In this document: piece by piece, positions 13,193 to 25,449 of the stretch
Numbering within the stretch: the stretch's first letter is position 1
Layout of the letters: each line of letters opens with the position of its first letter
Notes under the pieces: generated by a model
Databases searched by the model: none
What the model saw: only the letters and a program-made list of their open reading frames with translations
Told to the model about the DNA's origin: nothing
Program-made: the position numbers and the translations under genes
Source of the DNA: Octopus vulgaris
Taxonomy: Eukaryota
Direction: 5' to 3'
Assembly (NCBI GenBank): GCA_951406725.2
Contig: OX597826.1
Span: forward strand, 10,292,001 to 10,356,000
DNA: 64,000 nt

Positions 13193-13574
13193 TCTCTATA
13201 TATGTAAACGGCAAAATGTCTGTCTGTGTGTGTGTGTGTGTGCGCATGTCCTTTATACAAATCCACAATTTTTCAGTTAGAGGGCTTGCACTGTCTATGG
13301 TCATTCAAAACCGTCCAAGGGTGGTCGTGCACATCTTTACATTTCCCCAGTCACCCCGCAAAGCCATTAAAAAATCAATAGAAGTGACTTTTTTGTGAAT
13401 TTTCTACCCAAAACCCAATCAAAATGCCTGAAACTTGATACGCCAATTGAATGCCATCTAGCTGTATGTGATTGGTCGGAGATTTGGACAGTACTCGCGT
13501 GTATGTGCGCACGCATGCAGCTGTATATGCATGCACTAGCACTCTGACCCGGCGTTGCTGGGTCATAGTGCAAG
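13193..13574 (+). mobile_element. non-autonomous Helitron
   Basis: Starts TC, has a subterminal hairpin gacccggc-gtt-gctgggtc, ends CAAG (near CTRR), and sits between host A and T with no TSD. Removing it restores the RTE frame (GGA CA|T CAT). Confidence 0.8.
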
Positions 13575-13911
13575 TCATAGTATAAATGTGCTGAGAGAAA
13601 GACTGGACATAACAGGAATCAGATGCAGTGTGCAAGGAATAAGATTGTGTTAGTACAGACACATAATGTGCATGGACGAGGACAACCGTATAAAGAACTA
13701 CCAATCACTAAATGTGGCTGGAGCCTGTGGATGGAGTGGTGAAGGCTGATCTCAGAACCATGACCCTCACAGAGTAAATGACAAAGGACCAGGATATCTG
13801 GTGATACAAAGTTCTTATGAAAACTTGCTCATCATGATAAAACTGACTTCTAAAAGCACTACATAGGAATTGTATACAATATATATTTTTTTGTGTAAAT
13901 ATATTTGTGTG

Positions 13912-14158
13912 TGGAGTCATGGTTTAGTGGTTAGGGTGTCAGCATCATGATCGTAAGATTGAGGTTTCGATTCCTGGACCGGGCGATGCGTTGTGTTCTT
14001 GACAAAAACACTTCATTTCACGTTGCTCCAGTCCACTCAGCTGGAAAAAATGAGTAACACTGCGATAGACTGGTGTCCTGTCCAGCTGGGGAATACATAC
14101 ACCATTGAAACTGGGAAACTGGGCCCATGAGCCTGTCTAGGCTTTAAAAGAGCACACA
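13912..14158 (+). mobile_element. tRNA-headed SINE (family C)
   Basis: A-box-like tggtttagtgg and B-box-like gtttcgattcc. Related copies at 15134-15333(-), 55470-55810(-) and 63192-63290(+). Confidence 0.75.
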
Positions 14159-14907
14159 AACAAACATATATTTGTGTGTGTGTGAGCACCCCGATCAATC
14201 AGTCTTCCCCTCATGTTGATCTCCCCGCCATACCATATCATCCATTGTACCTCCCCTCCCGCCATCCCAATACCAGCCATGCCTTATTTAATAAAACAAA
14301 AGTTATTACAAATAGTAAAAGACAAAAAAAAAGGATTTATTTCAAAGATTTTGGGAGGGAAGGCAATGTCTTTATCTGTTTATGTATTTTTTGTCTGCTG
14401 GTTCATCCATCCATCCATCCTTCATTCCTTCCTTCCTTCCTTCTTTCTTTCTTTCTATCTTTCTTTCTGTCTGTCCATCCATTCATCTGCCCACTCACTT
14501 AACTATCATTGATTCACTAACTAGCTAGCTAATGAACTAGCTAACTAACTAACTAACTAACTAACCAACTAACTAACTAACTATCTCACTAACTGACTAT
14601 ACTTGATTTCTTCTTTTCTTTCTATTGATGTGTGTTTATTGGCAAGCGGATGTGTGAGTTATGTTGTTAATTTTCTCCGTTTTACGAATGGTTGGAAACG
14701 ACTTTCTTGTGTTGATATAATAATCAACAACATATTTTTTTTCTTTTGGTTTTGTGGCTTCCAGAGACCAGAAATGTAATGGAACATATTTTAGGCAAAA
14801 GGTGTGTGTTTAAGAGTACATTAGTCAAAGCTTATTGCCACTGTCTACAGTTTTCTTTAAAATTATGGAACAGACAAACAAGCTTTGAATTTTAGTATTA
14901 TAAGTAC

Positions 14908-14953
<46 letters not shown>

Positions 14954-15133
14954 GACATGACTGTGTAAATAAGAAGTTCACATTGCAACCACATAGTCTC
15001 AAGTTCAATTTCAATGCGTGGTACCTTGGGCAAGTGCTTTCCACTATAACCCCAAGTTGATTAAAGCCTGAGTGGATTTGGTAGACAGAAATTGAAAGAA
15101 GATTGTGTATAATAAGTCATAATAATAAAATAA

Positions 15134-15333
15134 ATGCGCCCTTTTAAAGCCTAGCCAGGCTCACGGGCTTGGTTTCCCAGTTTCTATGGCGTATGTGTTC
15201 CCCAGCTGGACTGGAGCAACGTGAAATGAAGTGTTTTGCTCAAGAACACAATGTGTCACCTGGTCCAGGAATCGAAACCACATTCTTACGATCATGATGC
15301 TGACACCCTAACCACTAAACCACGCGTTTCCAC
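15134..15333 (-). mobile_element. tRNA-headed SINE (family C), inverted copy
   Basis: Reverse complement of most of 13912-14158. Confidence 0.75.
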
Positions 15334-15704
15334 ATAATAAGTCATACTCAAATATATACACAGTGGTTCTTCATAATCTGATATTCTCATAAATAATTTG
15401 CACTAATTAACACCAAACATTAATCCATGAATATCCATTTATGTTTTTATGTTCACCTTCCAATTCTGGCATAAGTTGGATGGTTTGCATGAGGCAATGC
15501 TGGTTGGTTGGTTGGTTGGTTGGATGCATGCCTTTCCTGTTGCTAACCTTCTTAGTCACCTCTTATGACATACAGGGATGTAGTATATCTATTCTACAGC
15601 TGCGATACTCATATGTATATTTGTACCCCAGGGTCACTTTGCTGGCATGTGCTACTCTCTCACTCAATAATGATGATGTTAATAATGATGTTGATGATAA
15701 GGAT

Positions 15705-16592
15705 AATAATAATTCTTGCTACTGTAGGCACAATGCCTGAAATTGTTTTGACAGTGAGGCTAGTCAATGACATTGACACCCCGTGCTAAACTGGTACTTA
15801 TTTTATTTGACTGAAAAGACGGAAGGTAAAGTTGACTATGGCAAAATTTGAATTCAACATAAAACTGAAAGAAATGTTACCTAGCATTTTTTTGATTCTC
15901 TAATGTTTCTACCAGCTCACCCCCTAAATAATCCTTTCTATTAAAGGCACAAAGCCTGGAATTTGGGTGGGCTGAGAGGTAGCTGATAGCATTGATGCCG
16001 GTGCTCAACTAGTACTCATTTTATTGACCACCAAAAGGATGAAAGGCAAAGTCAACCTTGGTGGAATTTGGACTCAGAATGTAAAGATAGAAGAAATGCT
16101 GTTAATTAAACATTTTGTCTGGCATACTGAAGATTCAGCCTGCTCACCACCACCACCCACTTAATGATAATGGTTCCAAATTTTGGCACAAGGCCAAGAA
16201 GCTTGGGGGAAAGGGACAAGTTAGTTATAGCAATCCCAGTTCTCAAATTGTACTTATTTTATTGACCCCAAAAGGATGAAAAACAAAATCAACCTCAGTG
16301 GAATTTGAACTCGGAATGTAAAGATGGACAAAACGCTGCTAAGCATTTTACCCGGCATGTTTAAAATTTTGTTCTGCTTGTTTAAAATTTTGCCACAAGG
16401 GCAGCAATTTTGAGGAAGAGGATGAGCAGATTACATCAACCCTAGGGTTCAACTGGTACTTAATTCATTGACCCTGAAAGGATGAAGGGCAAAGTCAACC
16501 TCAGCAGAATTTGAACTCAGAATGTAGCAATGGGTGAAATACTGCTAAGCATTTCATCCAGCATGCTGATGATTCTGCCAGCTGACTACTTT
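15705..16592 (-). mobile_element. tandem cluster of four SINE family B copies
   Basis: Repeated actggtactta..ttgacc..aaaggatgaaaggcaaagtcaacct..gaatttgaactcagaa unit of about 220 bp. Confidence 0.75.
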
Positions 16593-16907
16593 AGTGATGA
16601 TGATGATGATGATGATGATAATAATTAGTAATAATAATACATATCTTGAAAAAGTGTAGAAAAATAGAAAATTGCATGGGTTAATTTTATGAATATTTTG
16701 TTTATTTATTTTCACGAATTATCCATGAAAAAAATAGATGTCAATAAATACATTTAGTTTTTTAAAATGTCAAAAACTGATCATAAATATGTCAAAAATT
16801 TATTTTAAAATGTCAAAGAGCAATATTGAAATATTTTAAAAATGCTTTGAAAAAAGTATTTATAGTCTTTTTTGTGTTTATCATTAAATTTTTGTTGTTA
16901 TTTGTAG

Positions 16908-17105
16908 GAACAAGAATCAAGCAACCTGGATCCTTATGAAGAACGGCTACATTTTGGCAGAATAACAAAGACTCTTATAGAGTCCAAAGTCGAAGACGTT
17001 GCTAACAATTTCTTTCTGATCTGTGGCAGCAGGGTTTTTAACAAAGACATGGCTAACTTTCTCACTGAACTAGGACTGTCTGAAGAACAGTATTTTATAT
17101 TTTGA
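16908..17105 (+). CDS. CYB5RL: NADH-cytochrome b5 reductase-like protein, terminal coding exon
   Basis: tttgtag acceptor, phase 0. EQESSNLDPYEERLHFGRITKTLIESKVEDVANNFFLICGSRVFNKDMANFLTELGLSEEQYFIF* has the HFG/GRI segment, the ICGS motif and the C-terminal aromatic residue typical of the family. Absent from the ORF track. Confidence 0.92.
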   Translation, partial: EQESSNLDPYEERLHFGRITKTLIESKVEDVANNFFLICGSRVFNKDMANFLTELGLSEEQYFIF

Positions 17106-17365
17106 TGATGGCTATTGATATAATAATGATTATGGAGGAAAAATTTTATCTGTGATTCTATTGTAATGTTCTGTTATGGAACTCATCTGAAGTATCAGTG
17201 TACTGCTAAGCAGCAACACGTTTCAAACAAAATTATTTTTTTAAATATATATTTCAAATGTCAAAAGTTATTTTCTATAATGTCTGTAATTTTCATTGCC
17301 ACAGACGTGAGATAGTGAGAAGTGTGATAACTAAATGGTGAGGATGCTAATCACAACCTATAATT

Positions 17366-17371
17366 AATAAA
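17366..17371 (+). promoter_or_regulatory. candidate polyadenylation signal of CYB5RL
   Basis: First AATAAA about 260 nt after the stop codon. The motif is common in AT-rich DNA, so support is weak. Confidence 0.35.
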
Positions 17372-18232
17372 AATGAAAGACATGAGTTGGACGAGTCGCG
17401 AGATATTTTGGAAACTGGAAACCTGGCAACTTCAGGAATTATAGTGTATTTGGTTGTTCCTCCTGTTATTGAGTTGTCAACATAGGCTCAGAAATGGCTG
17501 TGTGGGTAAAAGATTTCCCTCACAGACTCACAATTATGTAATTCTTCTGATCCTGCTCTGCAGGAATTTGTGATAGAGTGTCTTGTCATAATCCAAGCTT
17601 TGTGAATGAAAGTAATCATCATCGTTATTTAACGTCCATTTTCCATGCTGGCATGGGTTAGATAATTTGATAGGAACTGGCAAGGCCAAGGCCAGGTTCC
17701 ATAGTCTGTTTTGGCTTGGTTTTTACAGTTGGATGTCTTTCCTAATGCCAACCACTTTACAAAGTGTACTGGATATTTTTTTTACTTGGTACTATCATCA
17801 GTGCTTTTTACATGGTACTATGGTACCAGCACTAGTGCTTTTTACATGGTACCATCATCAATGCTTTTTATGTGGTATCATCACCGGTGCGTCTTATGTA
17901 ACACCATCACCAGTGTTTTACATGACACCATCACCAATGCTAACACCATCATGGTACTAGCGCCAGTGTTTTTTATGCGGTACCAGTAAGTTGAAGGATA
18001 ATGTGCAAAAGCCTGTCAGATGGACTGAACCTGGTCTAAGTTGCTAGACTTAAACCATTGCCTGGGTTTAAAACCATCAATAGACCCTTAGGTATCTTCA
18101 CCGAAGGTTTTTTGCCTATTGTGGTGGCTGAGCTGGAGCAGTTCTAATATCACAGTGGAAATTATCTACTTCACTGGTTAGTGATATATCCATTCCTGCA
18201 TTTGGAGACAAAGTACAGCAGCACCATCAGCA

Positions 18233-18646
18233 AGTGGAGGCGCAATGGCCCAGTGGTTAGGGCAGTGGACTCGCAGTTGGAAGATCACAGTTTCGATTCC
18301 CAGACCGGGCGTTGTGTGTGTTTATTGAGCGAAAACACCTAAAGCTCCACAAGGCTCTGGCAGAGGGTGGTGGTGGCGACCCCTGTTGTACTCTTTCGCT
18401 CCAACTTTCTCTCACTCTTTCTTCCTGTTTCTTGTCCCCGACTTCCTACGCAACCGCTGAGCCTGGATGCGCATTCATCCATCCGTCGATGCTCTTGGTG
18501 TCGGGGGGTTGACCTGGTTACTCTTCTGCGGCTCTTACGAATAGCAAAGGACCAACATTTCGGACTTCTCCCACTACAGAGGCGCGATCTTGCGAGCTCT
18601 GGGACGAAGACCGCTTCGCTCAACAAACAAACAAACAAACAAACAA
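18233..18646 (+). mobile_element. tRNA-headed SINE with (AAAC)n tail and TSD
   Basis: A box tggcccagtgg, B box gtttcgattcc, (aaac)n tail, 14-bp TSD agcagcacc(a/c)tcag at 18217-18230 and 18647-18660. Confidence 0.85.
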
Positions 18647-19100
18647 AGCAGCACCCTCAGTATGCAAGTGTTTATCCTAAATGTTGAGAATAATTCAAAT
18701 TTTTGCTGCAGCAAATCCACAAATCACAATTTTTTTTCTTTCTTCTCTCTACTACTCCTCCTCCTCCTCCTCCTCCTCCTCTCATCAAACTTCAGAATCA
18801 GACATTTCTCTGCACTCATAAAAAAACTATTTCTTCAAATGTGCTACTGCCTACTGAGCCTTCACAAAGGGGGGGGAAAAAAAAGAGAGGGAGGACTATG
18901 GAAATATTTGCAAACCATTTCATTTAATTTTTTTCTTCAATTTAATTGTTTGTCTTGTTTTGCTTTTAACTGAAAAAGTGAAAAAGATTGAAACTGGTAC
19001 TAACCTTTACAAAATGTATTTCATGATAAAACTATTTTAGCATTTCCTACCTTGTCTTATTTTCTTTATACATATCAACTCGTGTGTTACTTTTCAACCT

Positions 19101-19163
<63 letters not shown>

Positions 19164-19193
19164 TAGAAGGTTTGGAGGTGATGTACAGGTATT

Positions 19194-19396
19194 ATATATT
19201 AGAAGAAATAAGGTACTCAGAAATCTGGATGGTTTTATATTTACAGATTTTTATTAATATGTCACATGCTTTTATAAATCATATATTAGCGTTTGCATCT
19301 GCAATATATGATTTATAAAAACATGTGACATATTAATAAATATCTGCAAATATATAACCATCCAGATTTCGGAGTACCTTATTTCTCCTAATATAT
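19194..19396. repeat. long inverted repeat (~94 bp arms, 15 nt loop), probable Penelope-like end inversion
   Basis: 19194-19287 is nearly the reverse complement of 19303-19396. A related single arm lies at 49476-49540. Confidence 0.8.
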
Positions 19397-19468
19397 ATAT
19401 ATTACTCATTACTTTCTGCTGAATAGTACACCATGTCCATTAAGACCCCTCCTCCTCCTAATATATAG

Positions 19469-19515
<47 letters not shown>

Positions 19516-20093
19516 CATATATATACACATGATGGACTTCTTTCCATTTCCATCAATCAGATCCACCCACAAAGCATTTGAAGGCCAGGGAGCCTATAGC
19601 AGAAAACATTTGCCCAAGGTGCCGCATATTGAAGCGGAATCCAAAACCACATGGCTGGGAAGCAAGCTTCTTAACTACACAGCCACACCTGCACCTCATG
19701 AACCAATCCTTTTATTAAATATATTTTTCAAAAATTATTGTCACTCTTCTCCCAAAAGTCTATGAGAACACTTCAGTATTCATGAATTTCTACTTCTTTC
19801 TCAGGTGTATTTATTACCTGTTTGTATCATAATGACTGGCTTCTTACCTTAACTGTCCCTTTTCTGTTGCCAACACTGTAACCTAGCTTGTCTTTACAAC
19901 CTTTCACCACTGTCCATACCTACCTGCTATGTGTGCTTCCAGCTTCCTCTCTCTCTCCTCTTCACGTAAAGAAAGAAAGAAAGCCATAACCTTCTTTCTT
20001 TTTAAAGCAATTATCATTTCTAACACTGATACAAGGCAAGCAGCTCATCTAAGAAATTGGGTAAAAAAATAAAAATAAAAAGAAAACAGTATA

Positions 20094-20490
20094 GGCGCAG
20101 GAGTGGTTGTGTGGTAAGTAGCTTGCTAACCAACCACATGGTTCCGGGTTCAGTCCCACCTGCGTGGCACCTTGGGCAAGTGTCTTCTACTATAGTCCCA
20201 GGCCGACCAATGCCTTGTGAGTGGATTTGGTAGATGGAAACTGAAAGAAGCCTGTTGTATATATGTATATATATATATGTGTGTGTGTTTGTGTTTGTCC
20301 CCCTAGCATTGCTTGACAACCGATGCTAGTGTGTTTACGTCCCCGTCACTTAGCGGTTCGGCAAAAGAGACCGATAGAATAAGTACTGGGCTTACAAAGA
20401 ATAAGTCCCGGGGTCGATTTGCTCGACTAAAGGCGGTGCTCCAGCATGGCCGCAGTCAAATGACTGAAACAAGGAAAAGAGTAAAAAAAA
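20094..20490 (+). mobile_element. full-length tRNA-headed SINE (family A)
   Basis: ggcgcaggagtgg...gggttcagtcccac...ccttgggcaagtg...internal (TA)/(TG) tract...gactgaaacaag(t/g)aaaaga tail. More than ten copies in the window. Confidence 0.85.
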
Positions 20491-20891
20491 GATTAAAAGT
20501 GTGTATGAAAGGATGTATTACTATTATTCTTCTAATGCACAGAAGTGACACAGATGTTATGAAAGCAATATGCTTAGAGGCGTGACCATACTGAATAGGG
20601 AATAGCTGATACAGTGAGAAAACAAAGTGGAGAAGGTTGTCATGAAATATACATCCAGCCTGTTCACACCTTCGGATGATAATAGGAAGAATACCTTATC
20701 AATTAACCTTGACTAGCTCTGTGATGTCAGCTTTCTCTTATATTTCTCTCATCACGCTTTCTTGGAAAAAAAAAAAATGTTACCATGAGGATATTCCCTG
20801 GGCCCTAATCATCATCAACTTATCGTGCTCCCTTGCTCTTCTACCCACCCATATATAACATGGTTAGCACTGCATCTCCTCTTCCTCCTCC

Positions 20892-20939
<48 letters not shown>

Positions 20940-20944
20940 CCACC

Positions 20945-20975
<31 letters not shown>

Positions 20976-20986
20976 CCAACACCACC

Positions 20987-21020
<34 letters not shown>

Positions 21021-22457
21021 TCCCCACCACCACCATGATCGTCATCATCGTCGTCGTTGTTGTCATCATCATCACCTCCACCACCACCTAATCATCATCA
21101 ACTTATCGTGCCCCCATGCTCTTCTACCCACCCATATATAGCGTGGTTAGCACTACATCTCCTCCTCCTCATCATCATCACCATGATCGTCATCGTCGTC
21201 ATTGTCGTCGTCACCATCACCACCACCACCACCACCACTACTACTCCCACCCTTATGATTCACTCTCACAAATCCCCTTGATACTAATTTCCCATTCCCT
21301 CCTTTATTACAAACTTCTATCATATCATCCCTTCATGTATCACTTTAACCATCCATGCATAACATGGGGTAAGACTACACCTCTTACTCCATATACTACA
21401 CCAGTCTATCACTCTCTAACATTCTTTAACTCTCTCTTACTCTCTCTCTCATCCCTTGGCACTACTTTCCACCCCCTTTCCTTCCCATTACCTCCTTCCT
21501 AACAAATTATGTAACCCATGCTAATCCCCCTCATCCACCTTCTCAACTTACCCCATAACCATTGTCTCTATCTCTCCTCCTCTCCTTCACACAAGCCTCC
21601 TGATATGTCCCTTCTCTCTTGTCTACATTACTATCATCATCATCATCATCTTCATCATCATCATCATCATCAACATTTAACATCCATTTTCCGTGCTGGG
21701 TTTTGACAACTTGACAGGAACTGGCAAGGCCAGGGGCCACATCAAGTTCCGTAGTCTGTTTTGGGTTGGTTTCTACAGCTGGATGCCTTTCCTAACACCA
21801 ACCACTTTACAGAGTGCACTGGATGCTTTTTTGCATCACACCGTCACCAGTCCTTCTTACATGGCATCAGCACTCACGCCTATGCTTTTTACGTGACACC
21901 TTGGTTTTAGGATCTTTCACAATAAATCTGTTCTATCCAATAACAGAAATACTATTTTGCTTTGCAAGCTGTAAGGCAACCTCAATTGTGTTGGTGCCAC
22001 AAAAAGCATTGAATACACTGTGATTGGCAATTGATTCAAGCAGTAAAAATGCGGTGTATGAGAGGATGCTTTAGTTTGCTGATAGCAAGGTAATCTAGTG
22101 CTGGGCCCATGGAAAAGTAAATCCAGTGCATTGTGAAGTGGTCAGAGTTAGGAAGGGCATCAAGGGATAAAAATCATGCTAAAATTAAGAGATTGACACA
22201 AAATGTGATTTTCAGACCCATTGGATTCTCTCAAACTATCCTATCCATGTCAGCATGAAAAATGGATATAAAATAATGATGAAATATTCTATTGTTCTTT
22301 TATTCTTTTACTTGTTTCAGTCATTTGACCGTGGCCATGCTGGAGGGATTTAGTTGAACAAATCAACCCTGGGACTTACTTTTTTCCAAGAGCAGAAGGC
22401 AGTGTGACAATAATAAAAATATGTTATGGTGAAAGTATGGATGATTTTTAACTTCCC

Positions 22458-22514
<57 letters not shown>

Positions 22515-22593
22515 ATATATATATATGTATGTATATATATATATGTATGTATATATATATATATATATATGTATGTATATATGTATATATATG

Positions 22594-22647
<54 letters not shown>

Positions 22648-22883
22648 TACACACACACACACATTTATAAATATGTGTTGTGTGTGTGTGTATGTACATG
22701 TGTATGTATATATATACATATATATACACATATACATGTGTGTTTATGTAATATGCATGCATGTGCATCTTTGCGTTTCTCCCCTCTGCTTGACAGAGTG
22801 TGTGTATATGTATGAAATGCCCTCTGTATTTGTGTATATATGAATACATACATATACACATACCTGTTTATACATGTGCGTGC

Positions 22884-22914
<31 letters not shown>

Positions 22915-23496
22915 TACAGTGGTGGGCACAGCTAACCAAAAAGTTAGCCTCAATAACCGCTAATTTGCTAACTAAAAAAGTTATCTTTGCGAATGCTAAA
23001 CCACTAAAAAGGTTAAAAAATATTAGTGGAAGCTAATGCTAATTAATAACCACTAACTTTTATCATAGGTATTTAGTTTTGCTTTGTTTTTTTTTTATCT
23101 AAAACCCTTAGAAACAGACCTAAAGTGCTGAAATTTTCATGCTGTAGCTTAGACATAGAACTTTGAAAAAGGTATAGCATACCAAGATCAGATGATAATC
23201 ACGTAGTATGGAAATAATTAAATGAGCAAATGAAATTAAACATTAGTTTTTCAGTCAACATACACTTTATTGTCTGAACAAAAAGTATTAAATAAATAAA
23301 AATGGCAGAGTATAGCATAGGTATCATGCCTAGATCAGATGATGATCATGGTGTACTACTCTGACTGAGGCTTCTCCATTGCCTCGACATAATGCTGGTT
23401 GCCCTTCATAAAAATCAGCCTCTCAAAGATACCATCTGACAGGGTGGCTCTCTTAGCCCTCAAAATATTTTTGCCTATTAAGAATAGGCACTCAAT

Positions 23497-24122
23497 CTTG
23501 ATCTGGCAGAGTTTCTACAGCTGGATGCCCTTCCTAATGCCAACCACTCCGAGTGTGTAGTGGGTGCTTTTACGTGCCACCAGCACGGGGGCCAGTCAGA
23601 CCTCACTCGAATGTTTTTTCACATGCCAGTAAGGCGATGTTGGTAATGATCACGCTTGAATGGTGCCTTTTACATGCCACCATCATGGAAGCCAGCTAGC
23701 TGCTCTGCCAACGATCACGCTCGGATGGTGCTCTTAACACCCCACTAGCATAGGGAACAAGTGCCAGTAAAGCGACGCTGGTAACAATCACGCTTGAATG
23801 GTGCTTTTTACGTGCCACCGGCATGGAAGCCAGTTAGCCGCTCTGGCAATGATTGCGCTCGGATGGTGCCCCACTAGCATGGATGCCAGTCATTGAATTT
23901 GATTTCAATTTCACTTGCCTCAATAGGTCTTCGCAAGCAGAGTTTAGTATCCAAAGAAAGAAAGGTATACATAAGTGGGCTGGTTACACCCCTGGCATAG
24001 GCCACGAGGTTATGGTCTCATTTGGCTTGCCAGGTCTTCTCAAGCACAACATATTTCCAAAAGTCTCGGTCACTAGTCTAAAGTTCGAAGGTCATGCTTC
24101 ACCACTTCATCCCAGGTCTTCC
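23497..24122 (-). mobile_element. RTE LINE ORF end plus 3'UTR fragment nested in the hAT element
   Basis: Matches 37400-38030 in reverse orientation. Confidence 0.8.
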
Positions 24123-24125
24123 TAA

Positions 24126-24164
<39 letters not shown>

Positions 24165-24344
24165 AATATTGTATAATTATAAACATAATTATAATTAGGA
24201 GTCAGCTAATTGCTTCACCACATACCGAATTTAGAAATAGGAGTCAAAAATTCCTTTTCTACTACCGTAAGAATCTCCCAGACAGTAACACCCTTTTTTT
24301 ACGTAAGCAAAGAGAAAAATAATGGATCAACTCAACTTCGATTA

Positions 24345-24405
24345 GCCACATAAGCATTTCGTGATTAAAGTATTTCATTTACTTACTTCCCATCATCAGT
24401 GTAGC
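24345..24405 (-). ncRNA. minimal type-I hammerhead ribozyme motif (Penelope-like)
   Basis: Minus strand GCUACA-CUGAUGA-U-GGGA..UCAC-GAAA-UGCU-UA-UGUGGC: 6-bp stem I, intact core, UUA triplet, one mismatch in stem II. Confidence 0.6.
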
Positions 24406-25075
24406 ATTTCCATTATAAAATCATAATTATGTTTATAATTATAGAATATTTGTATAATTTTACCTATAAAGGTTATTTTAATGCACTGATCTACTTGGTA
24501 AAATTATTAATTAATTGATTGATTAATTAATTAATTAATTTTACCCTTTTAAGGTGGCTAGCAGCAATTTAAAACCAACAAGGAAATAATTCACCATCAC
24601 TAAATATAAACTGACACAGAATATAATCAAGGCCTACAAAAAACAAAACAAAAATAAATAAAAAAACTAACTGACCCCTCATCCTCATCTTCATGCAAGA
24701 TGCAATGGTTCTTGTGAGCATGTGGTTTGTACAATGTTCTTCAGGTAGAAAGGAGGTAGGACATTTGATCACAGTATTTTATAACCATATTTTGTTTATA
24801 GAAATCACACAGATTGTAGTTTAACATTTGTTACTAGGCTGTTCTAAATTCATGGAAATATTGCTTATAATTTAATGCCTTGTAATTAAATTTTTGAAAA
24901 TAATGACACCACCTTGATAGGTGATGTGTCGTGTGTGTGTGTGTGTCGGGGTGGGGGTTAATAATTAAGATGAGAGATGGAATGATAGCTGGTATTTGAT
25001 AAAGAACTTAAGGTTCATTTATTCGTTATTTCATTAAAGACTGCTGTTTTGGCTGTGCAGACTTAATCATGGGTG

Positions 25076-25120
<45 letters not shown>

Positions 25121-25194
25121 TATGTGACCGCGTGTGTATCGTTGGCGATTTTTTTTCCTCCGTCTTCCCTTCCTTGGACTTTTCCTTTTTCTAT

Positions 25195-25229
25195 GTTTCT
25201 GACGAAGAGCTCCGCTCGAAACGTTAAAC
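25195..25229 (+). ncRNA. minimal type-I hammerhead ribozyme motif in a Penelope-like terminal repeat fragment (~25120-25335)
   Basis: GUUU-CUGACGA-A-GAGC(UCC)GCUC-GAAA-CG-UU-AAAC: perfect stems I and II and a palindromic minimal stem III (AACGUU). Confidence 0.75.
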
Positions 25230-25394
25230 CCTCCTTCTTTCTTTCCTTTCCTGAACATCCAATAACACTATACTTGTTCCACTTCCTTGCGTTGTTGTGC
25301 TTTCTCTTTGTGCTTTCATGTTTGGATTAACTTTATATATATATATATATATATATATTTCTTTATTGCCCACAAGGAGCTAAACACAGAGGGG

Positions 25395-25449
<55 letters not shown>

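Larger units (their letters stand above)
11715..13850 (+). mobile_element. old RTE-clade LINE ORF fragment carrying two nested insertions
   Basis: KAFDRVP...[14 protein letters not shown] motifs. The ORF resumes after 12899 (EVVDSFCYLG) and after 13574 (HSINVLRERLDI). Confidence 0.88.

Noticed and set aside
14765-14801. Possible alternative CYB5RL exon (ttccag acceptor, AG|gtgtgt donor)
   Set aside because: 37 nt with an in-frame stop (AGA CCA GAA ATG TAA), weak donor and no homology. The flanking exons already join cleanly.
18233-18310. Possible tRNA gene (also 13912, 55740, 63192, 63314)
   Set aside because: A and B boxes are present, but there is no proper acceptor stem and each continues into a repeated body or tail, so they are SINE heads.
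20815-21502. Poly-His/Met/Ile ORFs (also 52846-53395 and 61998-62900)
   Set aside because: Translations of (CAT)/(CAC) microsatellites open in several frames, with no splice or domain support.
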